Both the position numbers and the translations under genes were made by a program. Below the pieces are notes generated by a model. That model worked only from the letters and a program-made list of their open reading frames with translations. It was not told where the DNA came from and made no database searches. From Terriglobia bacterium (GTDB taxonomy: Bacteria > Acidobacteriota > Terriglobia > 20CM-2-55-15), in contig CAXWPJ010000002.1 in NCBI GenBank assembly GCA_963664115.2, positions 736,001-800,000 on the forward strand: a stretch of DNA of 64,000 nucleotides, read 5' to 3'. Positions 10,102 through 19,588 of this stretch are shown in pieces. Within the stretch, counting starts at the first letter, position 1. Every line of letters starts with the position of its first letter.

Positions 10102-11851
10102 TTGGCTCGACGCAGGATCAAGAACCTTAGGGCTGGAGTGGTATAACTTGAACGCCGTCTCTTAGCAAAACAGTGCAGTGTGGAAGTAAGGCTGACCAAC
10201 GCCCTCTCAATGACATCTCTCTCCTGTTCCGACACCGACGCTTCTCAGCTTGGCGTACCGGGATGGAACGCCCTTAGTAGACACGACTTTAGTTCCTGGA
10301 CGTGAGGTTGCAATCGAGACCCTTCCCGAAGAGTTCGCCAAGGATGCATCGTTAATTACCAACTATCTTCCTGTGTGTCACTTCAGCACGTCACTCTTTT
10401 CAGCCTCCTCGATGTATCGCTGCACATCTTCTTCGAGGAGCAGACGTTCGGACATCAACTGACGTGCGACATCTGTGACAGCCTGGACGTAGCCACCGTG
10501 AGTTCCGTATCGTTCCTCCAAGGACAAACGCGGGTCACCAGCCCCCAATCGCTCGGCCTCGGTCTTCGCAAAGGGAATGCTCTGGCCAGCCCCCTCGCAT
10601 CCGTCGTTGAGCCCCAAACCCTCACGGCGCAAAGCCCAGCCCGTTGTCGTTGCCAGCGGTGCTGCCACAGGTGGCAGCCGGATACCCGCAATTTCGTTCC
10701 CATCCTGATCCGTCTTAGCGACGAAGGATGGATAGGTCGGCCTATCGGCAAACGAGGGTGGGTATTTCGTTATGATTCCTTCGTCAAACGACGGGCCGAA
10801 GTCGAACAGGTAGCGAGTGGTGATAAGACCCGTATAGGTGACACCCGGAATGTTCGGGAATCCCAATGCGGCCTGGGGCACTAGTCCGGTCATTCTCGTC
10901 GATTGGGGCTCCGAGAACACCGCCGTATCATCCGACACTCTTGGTACGCGACTGTCAGGTGGTGCGAGGTCCTCCGTAACCCACTGATCGAGAGCTACGA
11001 ACAGGGCTCGCAGGGCTGGCCCCGGATCGGTCGGGTTGCGGGGCTGTTGACACAAGCCTAGACCTTCAGCTCCTCCCCCATGTTGCATCCCGGCGATGAG
11101 ATAGAACCGAACGTGGTCAGGGTCTGGCAGATCGTTCCCCTCAGTGTCGGTATGCAGCAACGATCCGGCTTTAACCCAATACTCGTTGGCCGAGTTGACC
11201 TCAAACGCTTTGGGACAGGTATTTGTTGCCAGACAACGTTCGGCGCGACCGCCCTTCTTGCCAGACACTGGATCTTCGATCACTGGATAGGCGAATGGGA
11301 AGATTCCCTCCGGGTACAAATGATTCTGGCGATTGTGTTCCGTTCGGGCCGTCTGTGCAAACCGGTAGTTGATGGCCACACCGCTACCTCCGGCCACCCA
11401 GTTCTCTATACCGTCTATGACGCGGCGCCCGGACTCGTCTTCGTTGAACCCAAGCGTCTGGAAATCATTCAGGTAGCGCCCCGGCTGCGAGCGCGCCCAT
11501 GCAAAAGTGTGCTGCACGTCCCCTGCGAGAGGGTTCGGATTGCCAAAGTTGTCCTCCGAGGCATACCGCAGGAAAGATACGAAATCCCGTGTGGCTGCCA
11601 GTCCCAGTCCTGCCACTAGCGGGTCTTTCGCAATGTAGGCAAATTCGTAGATGTAGCCCTGCGCGAGTGGGGTACCAGCCGGCAGTAGACGAATGGTCTG
11701 CTCATCGACGTATTCCCAGTCGCTTCGAGGAACGCTCATTGGCTTATCGTTGAGGAACTGTCTTACTGTGAGCGTCGCCTGCGTCTTGTCCAGTGTGCTC
11801 GCTGCGTAGGCGAGCCGGGACGTCATGGTAGAGGCATCGCTGACACTGATG

Positions 11852-13236
11852 GAGTTATAACCGAATCTGGTGTTTGAGGGATTGAATAAGAGCGGCGTAT
11901 CTGGTTGATTTGTTGTGACAAAACTTCAAAGCAACCATAGGAGATACGCCACTGTGAGCAAGAGTAACGTGAATGGACCGGAAGGTCGAGAAACGATTGA
12001 GGATCCAGTAACAGAACTACTACGAGTTGGGGCACAGCAACTGATCCAACGCGCAGTGGAAGCCGAATTGGCAGAGCTGCTATCCCAGCACGGTGGCCGG
12101 CGAACTGAGACAGGAAACGCCGGGGTGGTACGCAACGGTTATCTGCCGGAACGCGAACTGCAGACGGGATTGGGTCCGGTAACAGTCCAAATCCCGAAGG
12201 TCCGTGCCAAGACGGGCGAAGCTGTGACGTTCCGATCGGCCCTGGTACCACCGTACATTCGGAAGACGAAGTCGCTGGAAGCAGCGGTGCCGTGGTTGTA
12301 TTTGAAAGGCGTTTCCAGCGGCGAGATGGGTGAGGCCCTAAAAGTTCTTGTCGGTCCCCAGGCGCAGGGTCTGTCGGCGAGCACGGTATCGCGGTTGAAA
12401 CAGGTTTGGGGCGAACAGTACCGCCTCGGATGCGAGGAGCGTTTGGATGCAGATCGCTGGGTCTATGTCTGGGCCGACGGCATCTACAGCGGACTTCGGG
12501 CGGAACAAACCAAGTTGTGTGCATTGGTCGTGATCGGCGTGAATGAACGCGGAGAGAAGCGTTTCCTGGCGATCGAAGACGGTGTACGGGAATCGACACA
12601 GAGTTGGCGCGAGGTCTTGTTGAAGCTGAAGTCCCGTGGGATGAATGTTCCGAAGTTGGCCATCGGTGACGGTGCGATGGGGTTCTGGGCCGCACTGGAG
12701 GAAATCTATCCCGAGACACGTCAACAACGTTGCTGGATGCACAAAGTCATGAACGTCCTCAACTGCCTGCCCAAGTCGGTCCAGGCGAAGGCGAAACAGG
12801 CCCTGCACTCGATCTGGCAGGCCGAGACGAAGGCAGACGCCGAGAAGGCATTCGACTTGTTCATTGAAACCTATGAACCGAAGTATCCGAAAGCCACACT
12901 CTGCCTGCAGAAAGACAGAGAGGAACTGCTGGCCTTTTACGACTTTCCGGCCAAGCACTGGCAGAGCATCAGAACGACGAATCCCATTGAGTCGACCTTT
13001 GCCACCATTCGACACCGAACGAAGCGATCCAGAGGTTGCCTGACACGGGATGGCATGCTGCACATGATGTTCAAACTGGGCCAGTGCGCTGAGAACAATT
13101 GGCGACGATTACGAGGATTCGATGATCTGAGCAAGGTAATCATCGGAGTGAAATTCAACGATGGTGTCGAAGCGACACAAGTCGATCAGGCCGCCGCTTG
13201 AATCAATCTCCTAAACACCACTTTTGACAATAACTC
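11852..13236 (+). mobile_element. IS256-family insertion sequence with 9-bp TSD
   Basis: Inverted ends gagttat...tggtgttt; TSD acactgatg at 11843-11851 and 13237-13245. Confidence 0.92.
11954..13201 (+). CDS. IS256-family (mutator) transposase
   Basis: RNGY, YVWADG, IGDGAMGF, QRCWMH, IRTTNPIES motifs. Confidence 0.92.
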   Translation: MSKSNVNGPEGRETIEDPVTELLRVGAQQLIQRAVEAELAELLSQHGGRRTETGNAGVVRNGYLPERELQTGLGPVTVQIPKVRAKTGEAVTFRSALVPPYIRKTKSLEAAVPWLYLKGVSSGEMGEALKVLVGPQAQGLSASTVSRLKQVWGEQYRLGCEERLDADRWVYVWADGIYSGLRAEQTKLCALVVIGVNERGEKRFLAIEDGVRESTQSWREVLLKLKSRGMNVPKLAIGDGAMGFWAALEEIYPETRQQRCWMHKVMNVLNCLPKSVQAKAKQALHSIWQAETKADAEKAFDLFIETYEPKYPKATLCLQKDREELLAFYDFPAKHWQSIRTTNPIESTFATIRHRTKRSRGCLTRDGMLHMMFKLGQCAENNWRRLRGFDDLSKVIIGVKFNDGVEATQVDQAAA

Positions 13237-13959
13237 ACACTGATGTACTCGTACGAGGATCCCGTGATTGAGGAACCGTCAGCGTCACGCGCTACTGGCA
13301 CCGTGATTGTCAGGCGGTCGTCACCGGGAGCGGTAGAAGTGTCCCAACCGCCCCACACCAGCGTGTAGCCACGCTGCATGAGGAATCCCTCGCCCGCATC
13401 GGTGGCTGTCGTCGGATCGTTCGTTTCAGGACTGTTGTTAAGCCCCGAAAATCGCTTTCTGCCTCGATTGTTCACTTCCATGAAAAGCTTGTGACTGCCT
13501 TGCCGCAAATCTACGGGCTTCAGGATGTAGACATCGATCGAGTACTCGACCATGCCGTTCGCGTTCCGCGGCGCAAACTCTATATCTGTAATGACTGCAT
13601 TACGCGGATCGGTGGGGTCCACCTCGCCGTAGGCCACGCCTCGCAGCTTCTCGTACGGGCCAACGGCGCCAAACCTTTGGCCTTCAAATGTTGGCGATTC
13701 CACGCTGGTAATCTCTATGCGCACGATGTGTGCTTGAACAGAACTCACGCTGATCACCGTGATCCAAACCAACACCAAAAAACTCACAGCCCCTCTCCGA
13801 TGAGTGCCTGAAGATCCGTCACCTGCAATCAGCCTCGTGAGCATGGTTCCTCCCTCCCGGTAGCGTGCACCGGGGTTTCCTTATGCGAGTCCGACGTCAA
13901 TTTCATCAGCACAGATGTTTCTGCACTGTGGATCCAGATAAGAATAGTCTTGTCTGAAC

Positions 13960-14204
13960 CATCCCATCCTTACCCAAGAGCAAGGCATCTCGTAATGGCC
14001 GAGTTGAGTTCTGGATTTCATTATTTAATGTGCACCGAAACGAGCCGTGAAAATCTCGGTAAAGAATACTAAGGGAGGAAGTTAGGTGCTATTAAATTCT
14101 CAAACATTAAATTCTAAAATCCTGACAAACGACCTTCTCGGACTGTTAGAAAAGGTCCTAAAAACGGGGTTCTCAAGGTCCGAGAAGATGATTTCTCGGG
14201 ACTT
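13960..14204. repeat. Degenerate kinase N-terminal remnant, promoter region and junction palindrome copy 3
   Basis: ctcgtaatggccgagttg near 13990; ttctcaaggtccgagaagatgatttctcgggactt at 14170-14204. Confidence 0.8.
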
Positions 14205-14231
14205 AAGAATGGTGAGATCACTGAGAGAGGC

Positions 14232-14405
14232 TTAAACGTCCCACAAGACGCACTTGTACCAGTCGGTCCGTATTTGCGTTTGGCCGGTGCCGTCTTTCCA
14301 GTATTCGTTTGTCGCGATGGAGAAATTCAGGATGGGTGTCCCGCTTTGGGTGTATCGCAGCTCGGCGTGATGTCCAACGTGTCCGGTCAGTGACACTTGG
14401 TTCAT
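14232..14405 (-). pseudogene. ssb: Truncated single-stranded DNA-binding protein (N-terminal 57 aa)
   Basis: MNQVSLTGHVGHHAELRYTQSGTPILNFSIATNEYWKDGTGQTQIRTDWYKCVLWDV*. Confidence 0.8.
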
Positions 14406-14451
14406 GTGTAGAACCCCCGTTTTAGATCCAATTTGTTATTCTGATTGCACT

Positions 14452-14643
14452 ATGACGAAAATTGAATTGATCCAAGATGCAATCGGGCAGCTCGAAACGG
14501 CATTGACCGAGCTGACCAATGCGAAGCAAACCGTCGACTACGACCCGGACAAAAACTTTACAGGGAACGTTGCGAACCGACTGAATGACGCCGCGATATT
14601 CATCAATGTCGCTCTCGCAGATATAGCGGAAGCCCGGAATTAA
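14452..14643 (+). CDS. Small hypothetical helical protein, possibly phage-derived
   Basis: 63 aa amphipathic ORF divergent from ssb fragment. Confidence 0.4.
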   Translation: MTKIELIQDAIGQLETALTELTNAKQTVDYDPDKNFTGNVANRLNDAAIFINVALADIAEARN

Positions 14644-15034
14644 AGCGGACCATATTCCTTTTAACCACCTGTGCAAAAAAGAGTTCGCAGGATACTCATT
14701 ATGCGACGTTCTCCGGTTCTTACTAAAGCCAGGTCCTTTCCGCGCCCCCGGCTCTTCTTCCGGGCCTATCGAGCCGGGTGGGGGTCAGCCATCTTGATCA
14801 GCCGCCTACCGCGCACGACGGCTTCGACAATCGGAGTAACGCGATTTTCCATCGCGTCCGCCGATAACCGTTACAGACCGAACAGAGCCGCAATCCGATA
14901 CGTTGCGCTACTTTTTTGCTGACATGGCGTCGGATCGAACCGACAAATGCGTGAGGGTGGTTTGCGTGGCTGGCTGGGAGCGTAATTTTGGGACATATTA
15001 ATGGGCCCGATTTTTAGAATTTTTTAGGAATTCC

Positions 15035-15324
15035 AATTCTCAATGTCCGCGAAGATGATTTATCAGGACTTGACCTCGAAAATCAGGGCACTGGCACCCG
15101 TTCCTTGAGTTCTTCAAACCTCTTCGAACCAGGTCTAGAGAGAGACGGTTACTGAATGTTCTGGTCGAGCGGTGCTCCGCTCTGAGAAAAGATGGTGGGG
15201 TTTGTTGGATGCCAGTTATCCGCTGCAAGGACGATACAGGACTTGACCTCGAAAATCAGGGACTGGCACCCGTTCCTTGAGTTCTTCAAACCTCTTCGAA
15301 CCAGGTCTAGAGAGAGACGGTTAC
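15035..15324. repeat. Array junction copies 4 and 5 (local direct duplication)
   Basis: 15064-15152 nearly identical to 15237-15324. Confidence 0.85.
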
Positions 15325-15685
15325 CTGAGAAAAGAATTGCAAAATCCTCGCCGAAGACTGCCCCGCTGTCCCACTGAACAGGACGATCTCGGTCGACCAC
15401 CCCCCCCCCCGAATCAACAATGTGAGGAAAGTAGGTGTCTTCGCTCGGCGGTGCGCCCACCCCCGAGCGGCTGAAATAAGTTGAACTCAGACATCCGCAC
15501 TGCCATCCGGGAACCACGGGACTCTTCATTTCGCGGCCTCAAAAATTTGACGGCCGCGCGGTCTCCAGACCCGCATGTCTCAGAGACTTGACCGCCGTTC
15601 CCTGCGCTAATAGGTTCGTAAGGCAGGCCCGGGCGGCACCAGAATTGAGATTTTGAATTTCCTATAGATTGAATTTCGAGACTTA

Positions 15686-17248
15686 TTAGGCCCCGCCCTC
15701 CAGCGCAGCCTGTTGCTGCATTGCAGCCGGTCCGACGATCCGCTCAAAATCGGCATTCAGCCCCGGCTGACCGTGAATGGGGACATGCGTCGTAACGTCC
15801 AAATTCAGCCGCCTAATGTTGTTATACAACGCAACCGCGTTGGCGCCGACATTTGCTGGTGGCTGTGCACCGGCAGGCGGCGGACTCCAGAGATCCGCGT
15901 TAATCAGAATCTGCTCTTCCGGCAAATAGGCGATCAGCATATCTGCCGCGTGATTGAGATTTTGCACGTTAAAGAGAAGAAGCGTGCGATCTCCATCACT
16001 GATGAAATGCCGGTCCGTGACGGTTTCCAGCGCGACCGGTCCGGGCCCAGTGGTGGCGAGCGGATTCCGGGATAGCGTGTCGGGACTTAAGGTCCGTATC
16101 TGCGACGCAAAGACCGCGTCCCTAAAGAAATCCTCGTTGCTTTCATGCGTAACCACGGTCACGCCGTGAGCGACATAGGTCCGCGCACCGCCTAGATGGT
16201 CCCAATGGTGATGGGTAGTGACTAGATAGCGGATGGCTTTACCCGGAATAAGCCTTTTAATTTCGGCAATCACGGGGAGTGAGCGCGCTTCATTCTGCGG
16301 AGCGTCGACGACGGTGACAAAATCATCGAACTCAATCGCCACGCTATTATGCGAACCACCAGCCATGAGCCACACGCCGTCGGCAACTTCCTGCGCTGCT
16401 ACATTGACCTGTGGCTCCGGCGCGTAGCGTACGCCGTCAGGAACCGTCAGGGCGGCGCCGGCGACATTAGCACTTGCTTCACCTACTTCAAGATTTAGCC
16501 AGTTCATTCCCGGCCGGGCCGTCAACAGATGATCGCCACGGTGGCCGTGAAACAGGAACGGAAACATTATTCCATTGCCGATGTCCTGCCATTCCGCATA
16601 GCGGATCTCTATCTGCATATCGCCCATAACAGGATTAGGAATCTGCGTGATAAGGCGCTCCATCAAGTTTTCGTCGTTGAATTCGCCCGAAACGCGGTAA
16701 CCCATGGTCGTAAATGCGACGACCTTTAAAGTGCGATCCTCGGAGGCCACGTAACGGTCTACGACGGTTACATCGTCGGCTGCCAGCGCCGATTTGATAA
16801 ATCCATGCGGGCTGATTGCGATCATGAATTTGCCAAGCTCCGCAGTTGAAGTGGCTTGCGCAGTGGGTTCTCCGTCGTTGTTCAGCGTCCAGGCATAGTC
16901 GCCGCTTATGAAACCCAAATTCCGCCTTTCGCCGATAATGGGTGATCTGCCGCCGCCGCGCGCGGGATAGTCGCCCTGAACGCGAACAAATTCTTCCCGC
17001 GACGAACCGGAAGAATAATCAATGGTCATGTCGTAGCTCTGCAAGACATGGCGCGGCCAGTCTTCGCCGTCGGCAAAATTCTGTCCCACCGCGCCCATCC
17101 AGCCCGAGCCCGAATATTGGACCGAATTTACCGAACTCGCGCCGATGGCGTTATCCGCCGCTTCCAAAAAGCTTGCTGCATCCTGAGCAGCTGCCGGCCC
17201 GGCCATCAAAGCCGAAGCAACCAGCCATATCCCTAGTTTGTTTCTCAT
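15686..17248 (-). CDS. Secreted MBL-fold metallo-hydrolase (cargo)
   Basis: Signal peptide, THHHWDHLGG, HAADML, PIHG; paralog of 28776-30338. Confidence 0.85.
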   Translation of the reverse strand: MRNKLGIWLVASALMAGPAAAQDAASFLEAADNAIGASSVNSVQYSGSGWMGAVGQNFADGEDWPRHVLQSYDMTIDYSSGSSREEFVRVQGDYPARGGGRSPIIGERRNLGFISGDYAWTLNNDGEPTAQATSTAELGKFMIAISPHGFIKSALAADDVTVVDRYVASEDRTLKVVAFTTMGYRVSGEFNDENLMERLITQIPNPVMGDMQIEIRYAEWQDIGNGIMFPFLFHGHRGDHLLTARPGMNWLNLEVGEASANVAGAALTVPDGVRYAPEPQVNVAAQEVADGVWLMAGGSHNSVAIEFDDFVTVVDAPQNEARSLPVIAEIKRLIPGKAIRYLVTTHHHWDHLGGARTYVAHGVTVVTHESNEDFFRDAVFASQIRTLSPDTLSRNPLATTGPGPVALETVTDRHFISDGDRTLLLFNVQNLNHAADMLIAYLPEEQILINADLWSPPPAGAQPPANVGANAVALYNNIRRLNLDVTTHVPIHGQPGLNADFERIVGPAAMQQQAALEGGA

Positions 17249-17400
17249 ACCCCATCCTCCCGGCGGATTTTCAATTTTCTGCTGCGGCCTTCCGCTCCTG
17301 CATTACACGGAGACTACTCAACATCTGAACTTTAGCTTACCTTCGAAAGTGACCATTCATCTACTCAATAAAGGGTGTGTGGCGCGCCAGGGCCAAAACC

Positions 17401-17616
17401 TCACGTCATTCCTAGATTGCACGAGCCCTTGCCCGCCTCCCGCAGTCGCTGAGCCTGCTCGCGGTCAAAGATTCGCCGAGGCCGTCCAGAGGGTTTGCCT
17501 TCCTTCCTGGCACGTTCCAACCTGTCGGTGGCGCGGTAGGCCTCGCCCACACCCCCTTTACCGAGTGGGCCGGTGATCTCGTAGGGACCGAGTTTTGTGC
17601 CTCTCGCAAGGGCCAT
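17401..17616 (-). pseudogene. Kinase N-terminal remnant fused to resolvase-like C-terminal fragment
   Basis: MALARGTKLGPYEITGPLGKGGVGEAYRATD then LERARKEGKPSGRPRRIFD (serine-resolvase hinge-like). Confidence 0.65.
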
Positions 17617-17879
17617 GAACTCTCTACCTCACTACTGTCGCTTGTAAACTGAAAAAGCTGGAGAAAGTCTATAGAACGAACGGGTTGGAAGCAACGATTG
17701 GAATCAGCAGGATTCTCAACGTCCGACAAGATGATCTATGAAAGGGGATGTCAAGAGAAACAGCTCCCCGATGGCCGGCCAGACGGACACTTTTGTCGTG
17801 ACAGCCAGCCCCTCTACCGTTATGTGAAGCCCTGGTTCCGGCAATCCGGAGCGAAATCGTACATCTTTAAGACGGTCGA

Positions 17880-18100
17880 TTCAGAAACTGAACAGCATAT
17901 GGGACGGCATGTGCCGACCATGGATCTATCTGAGCCTCGAAGGCTATCGCTGTTTCAGGTCGTGCGAGGGGGGATAGAGATTTAAAAGTGTCCTCTGGAC
18001 GTATCCAGGGACCACATCTTGTGCAGATCCTCACCCTCGATCCTCAGTTGTTCCGACTCCGTCTAACGACTCAGTACGGCTCTACCGGTCACGGATCGAA
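17880..18100 (-). ncRNA. Putative bridge/seek RNA of the IS1111 element (boundaries approximate)
   Basis: Two guide-hairpin-guide units: ACAAGATG/TAAATC match the target; ACAGCGAT/ATAGATC match the circle junction. Confidence 0.65.
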
Positions 18101-18105
18101 ACGGC

Positions 18106-19170
18106 TTATGTTGTCATCCAGCTCAGTTTCTTTGGATCGAACGATTCTCCTTTCTTCCAAAGCGTCAGCACCAGTGCGGCGATCTTACGGGCCAGAGTGA
18201 CCCGCGCCATTTCCTCCCGCATCCCACGCATCTGGAGACTCTCCAGATAAATCCGATACGGCTCGCTTTGTTTTCCCGATGCCGCGGCTGAGAAGAACAC
18301 CGACTTCAATCGCCGGTTGCAGTTCGCATTCAATCCGCGTGTGGCCACCGGTTTCCTCCGTCGCACCACACGTCCACTCTGCATCTCATACTCCGCGCTC
18401 ATGTGGGTCACCACACCCAGGCCACTGTAGCTCCAGAACTGCGGTGTCGTGCGGAATCGGTACGGCGTGTCCACGATGGCGACGATCTGTGCCGCCCGAA
18501 CCGGTCCCAGTTGTGGAATGGTCTCGAGCAGTTTCACCGCCTCATGGTGCCGGCCCTCCACTCGCACCGCTTTTCTGGATTGTTTCCGCAGCAACTGGAC
18601 CTGGTCCAGTTCCGCATACAACCATCGGGCGCGCTGCCTCATCCCCGGCTCGGTCAGCTTCTCCAACCACTGTTCGCGCTGACTCGGCCGATAGACTCCG
18701 TCCTTCGGTGTCGGGATCCCCCGTCCCCGGTATATCGCTTTGATCCGCGACATCACCCGTTGCGTGTCCAACTGGAACGTGTCATAGGCCTGCACCAGTT
18801 GCTTCAATTCTCGCGTCGCTTCATGGCCGTGATACACCGAGCGCAACAGTCCCACCCGCAACAGCTCGGCCAGCTTCCGCGCATCCGGCTTATCCCCCTT
18901 CGACCCTTCTTGCATCCACTTGTTCTGTCGCGGATCGCACACCACCACCTCGCTCACCCACGGCCGGATCACTTCCGATAACCAGCCCGCTTGCGTGGTC
19001 TCCTCCAACCCCACGTGCATCGGCCCACTCAATCCCTCCAGCAGCCGTGTGATACTCCCCGCCTCGGTTTCCACGATCGTTTCAAACACCAGTTTGCCGC
19101 TCCCGTCTCTCACCGCAACCACCGTCGTTGCCTGGTGCACATCCATACCCATATACTTGTCTTGTTTCAT
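18106..19170 (-). CDS. IS110-family DEDD transposase/recombinase
   Basis: MGMDVH, GLEET, KGDKPDA, TIPQLGP, YSGL, ARKIA motifs. Confidence 0.92.
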   Translation of the reverse strand: MKQDKYMGMDVHQATTVVAVRDGSGKLVFETIVETEAGSITRLLEGLSGPMHVGLEETTQAGWLSEVIRPWVSEVVVCDPRQNKWMQEGSKGDKPDARKLAELLRVGLLRSVYHGHEATRELKQLVQAYDTFQLDTQRVMSRIKAIYRGRGIPTPKDGVYRPSQREQWLEKLTEPGMRQRARWLYAELDQVQLLRKQSRKAVRVEGRHHEAVKLLETIPQLGPVRAAQIVAIVDTPYRFRTTPQFWSYSGLGVVTHMSAEYEMQSGRVVRRRKPVATRGLNANCNRRLKSVFFSAAASGKQSEPYRIYLESLQMRGMREEMARVTLARKIAALVLTLWKKGESFDPKKLSWMTT

Positions 19171-19588
19171 CTCGAACGCTCCTTTTCTGGGATCAACGCT
19201 GTATACGTTGATCAGGTTGTTGAGTGAGTCTTCTCTCAACAACCCCCAGTCTAGGGGCGTCCTTTCATACTGCGATTTATCAGGACTTGACCCGGCATCT
19301 CTGTCTCCGCCGACTTCCCCGAAGCCGACTTTTGGGTCGTTAATGCTGCCCATTCCTAAACGCTAGGCGACTACTCATTACCTATGCAGTGAAACACCAC
19401 CAAACCCCTTTGAAATTTCGTCGTTACAAAGCGGCCAGCCCTCAGAAAACCCCCTTGCCCTGCACCTTAGGCTTCCGATAATCTGGCTGCTACAATAACG
19501 GGAGAGTAACCTGCGCTTGCTCAGGTTGACCTAATCGGGCCGAGGGCGCGATCCTTTTCGAGAACCGCGAGAACCGGAGGATTTCATC

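Larger units (their letters stand above)
10378..13844 (-). pseudogene. Secreted alpha/beta-hydrolase-domain protein split by IS256 (cargo)
   Basis: ORFs 13203-13844 and 10378-11826 rejoin in frame (YISVSDASTM) on removing the IS and one TSD; paralog of 33376-35376. Confidence 0.85.
17736..19273 (-). mobile_element. IS110 family, IS1111-type element inserted in junction palindrome copy 6
   Basis: Subterminal IR tatgaaagg (17737) / cctttcata (19269); GAT on both sides; flanks rejoin to ctcaacgtccgacaagatGATttatcaggacttgacc. Confidence 0.88.
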
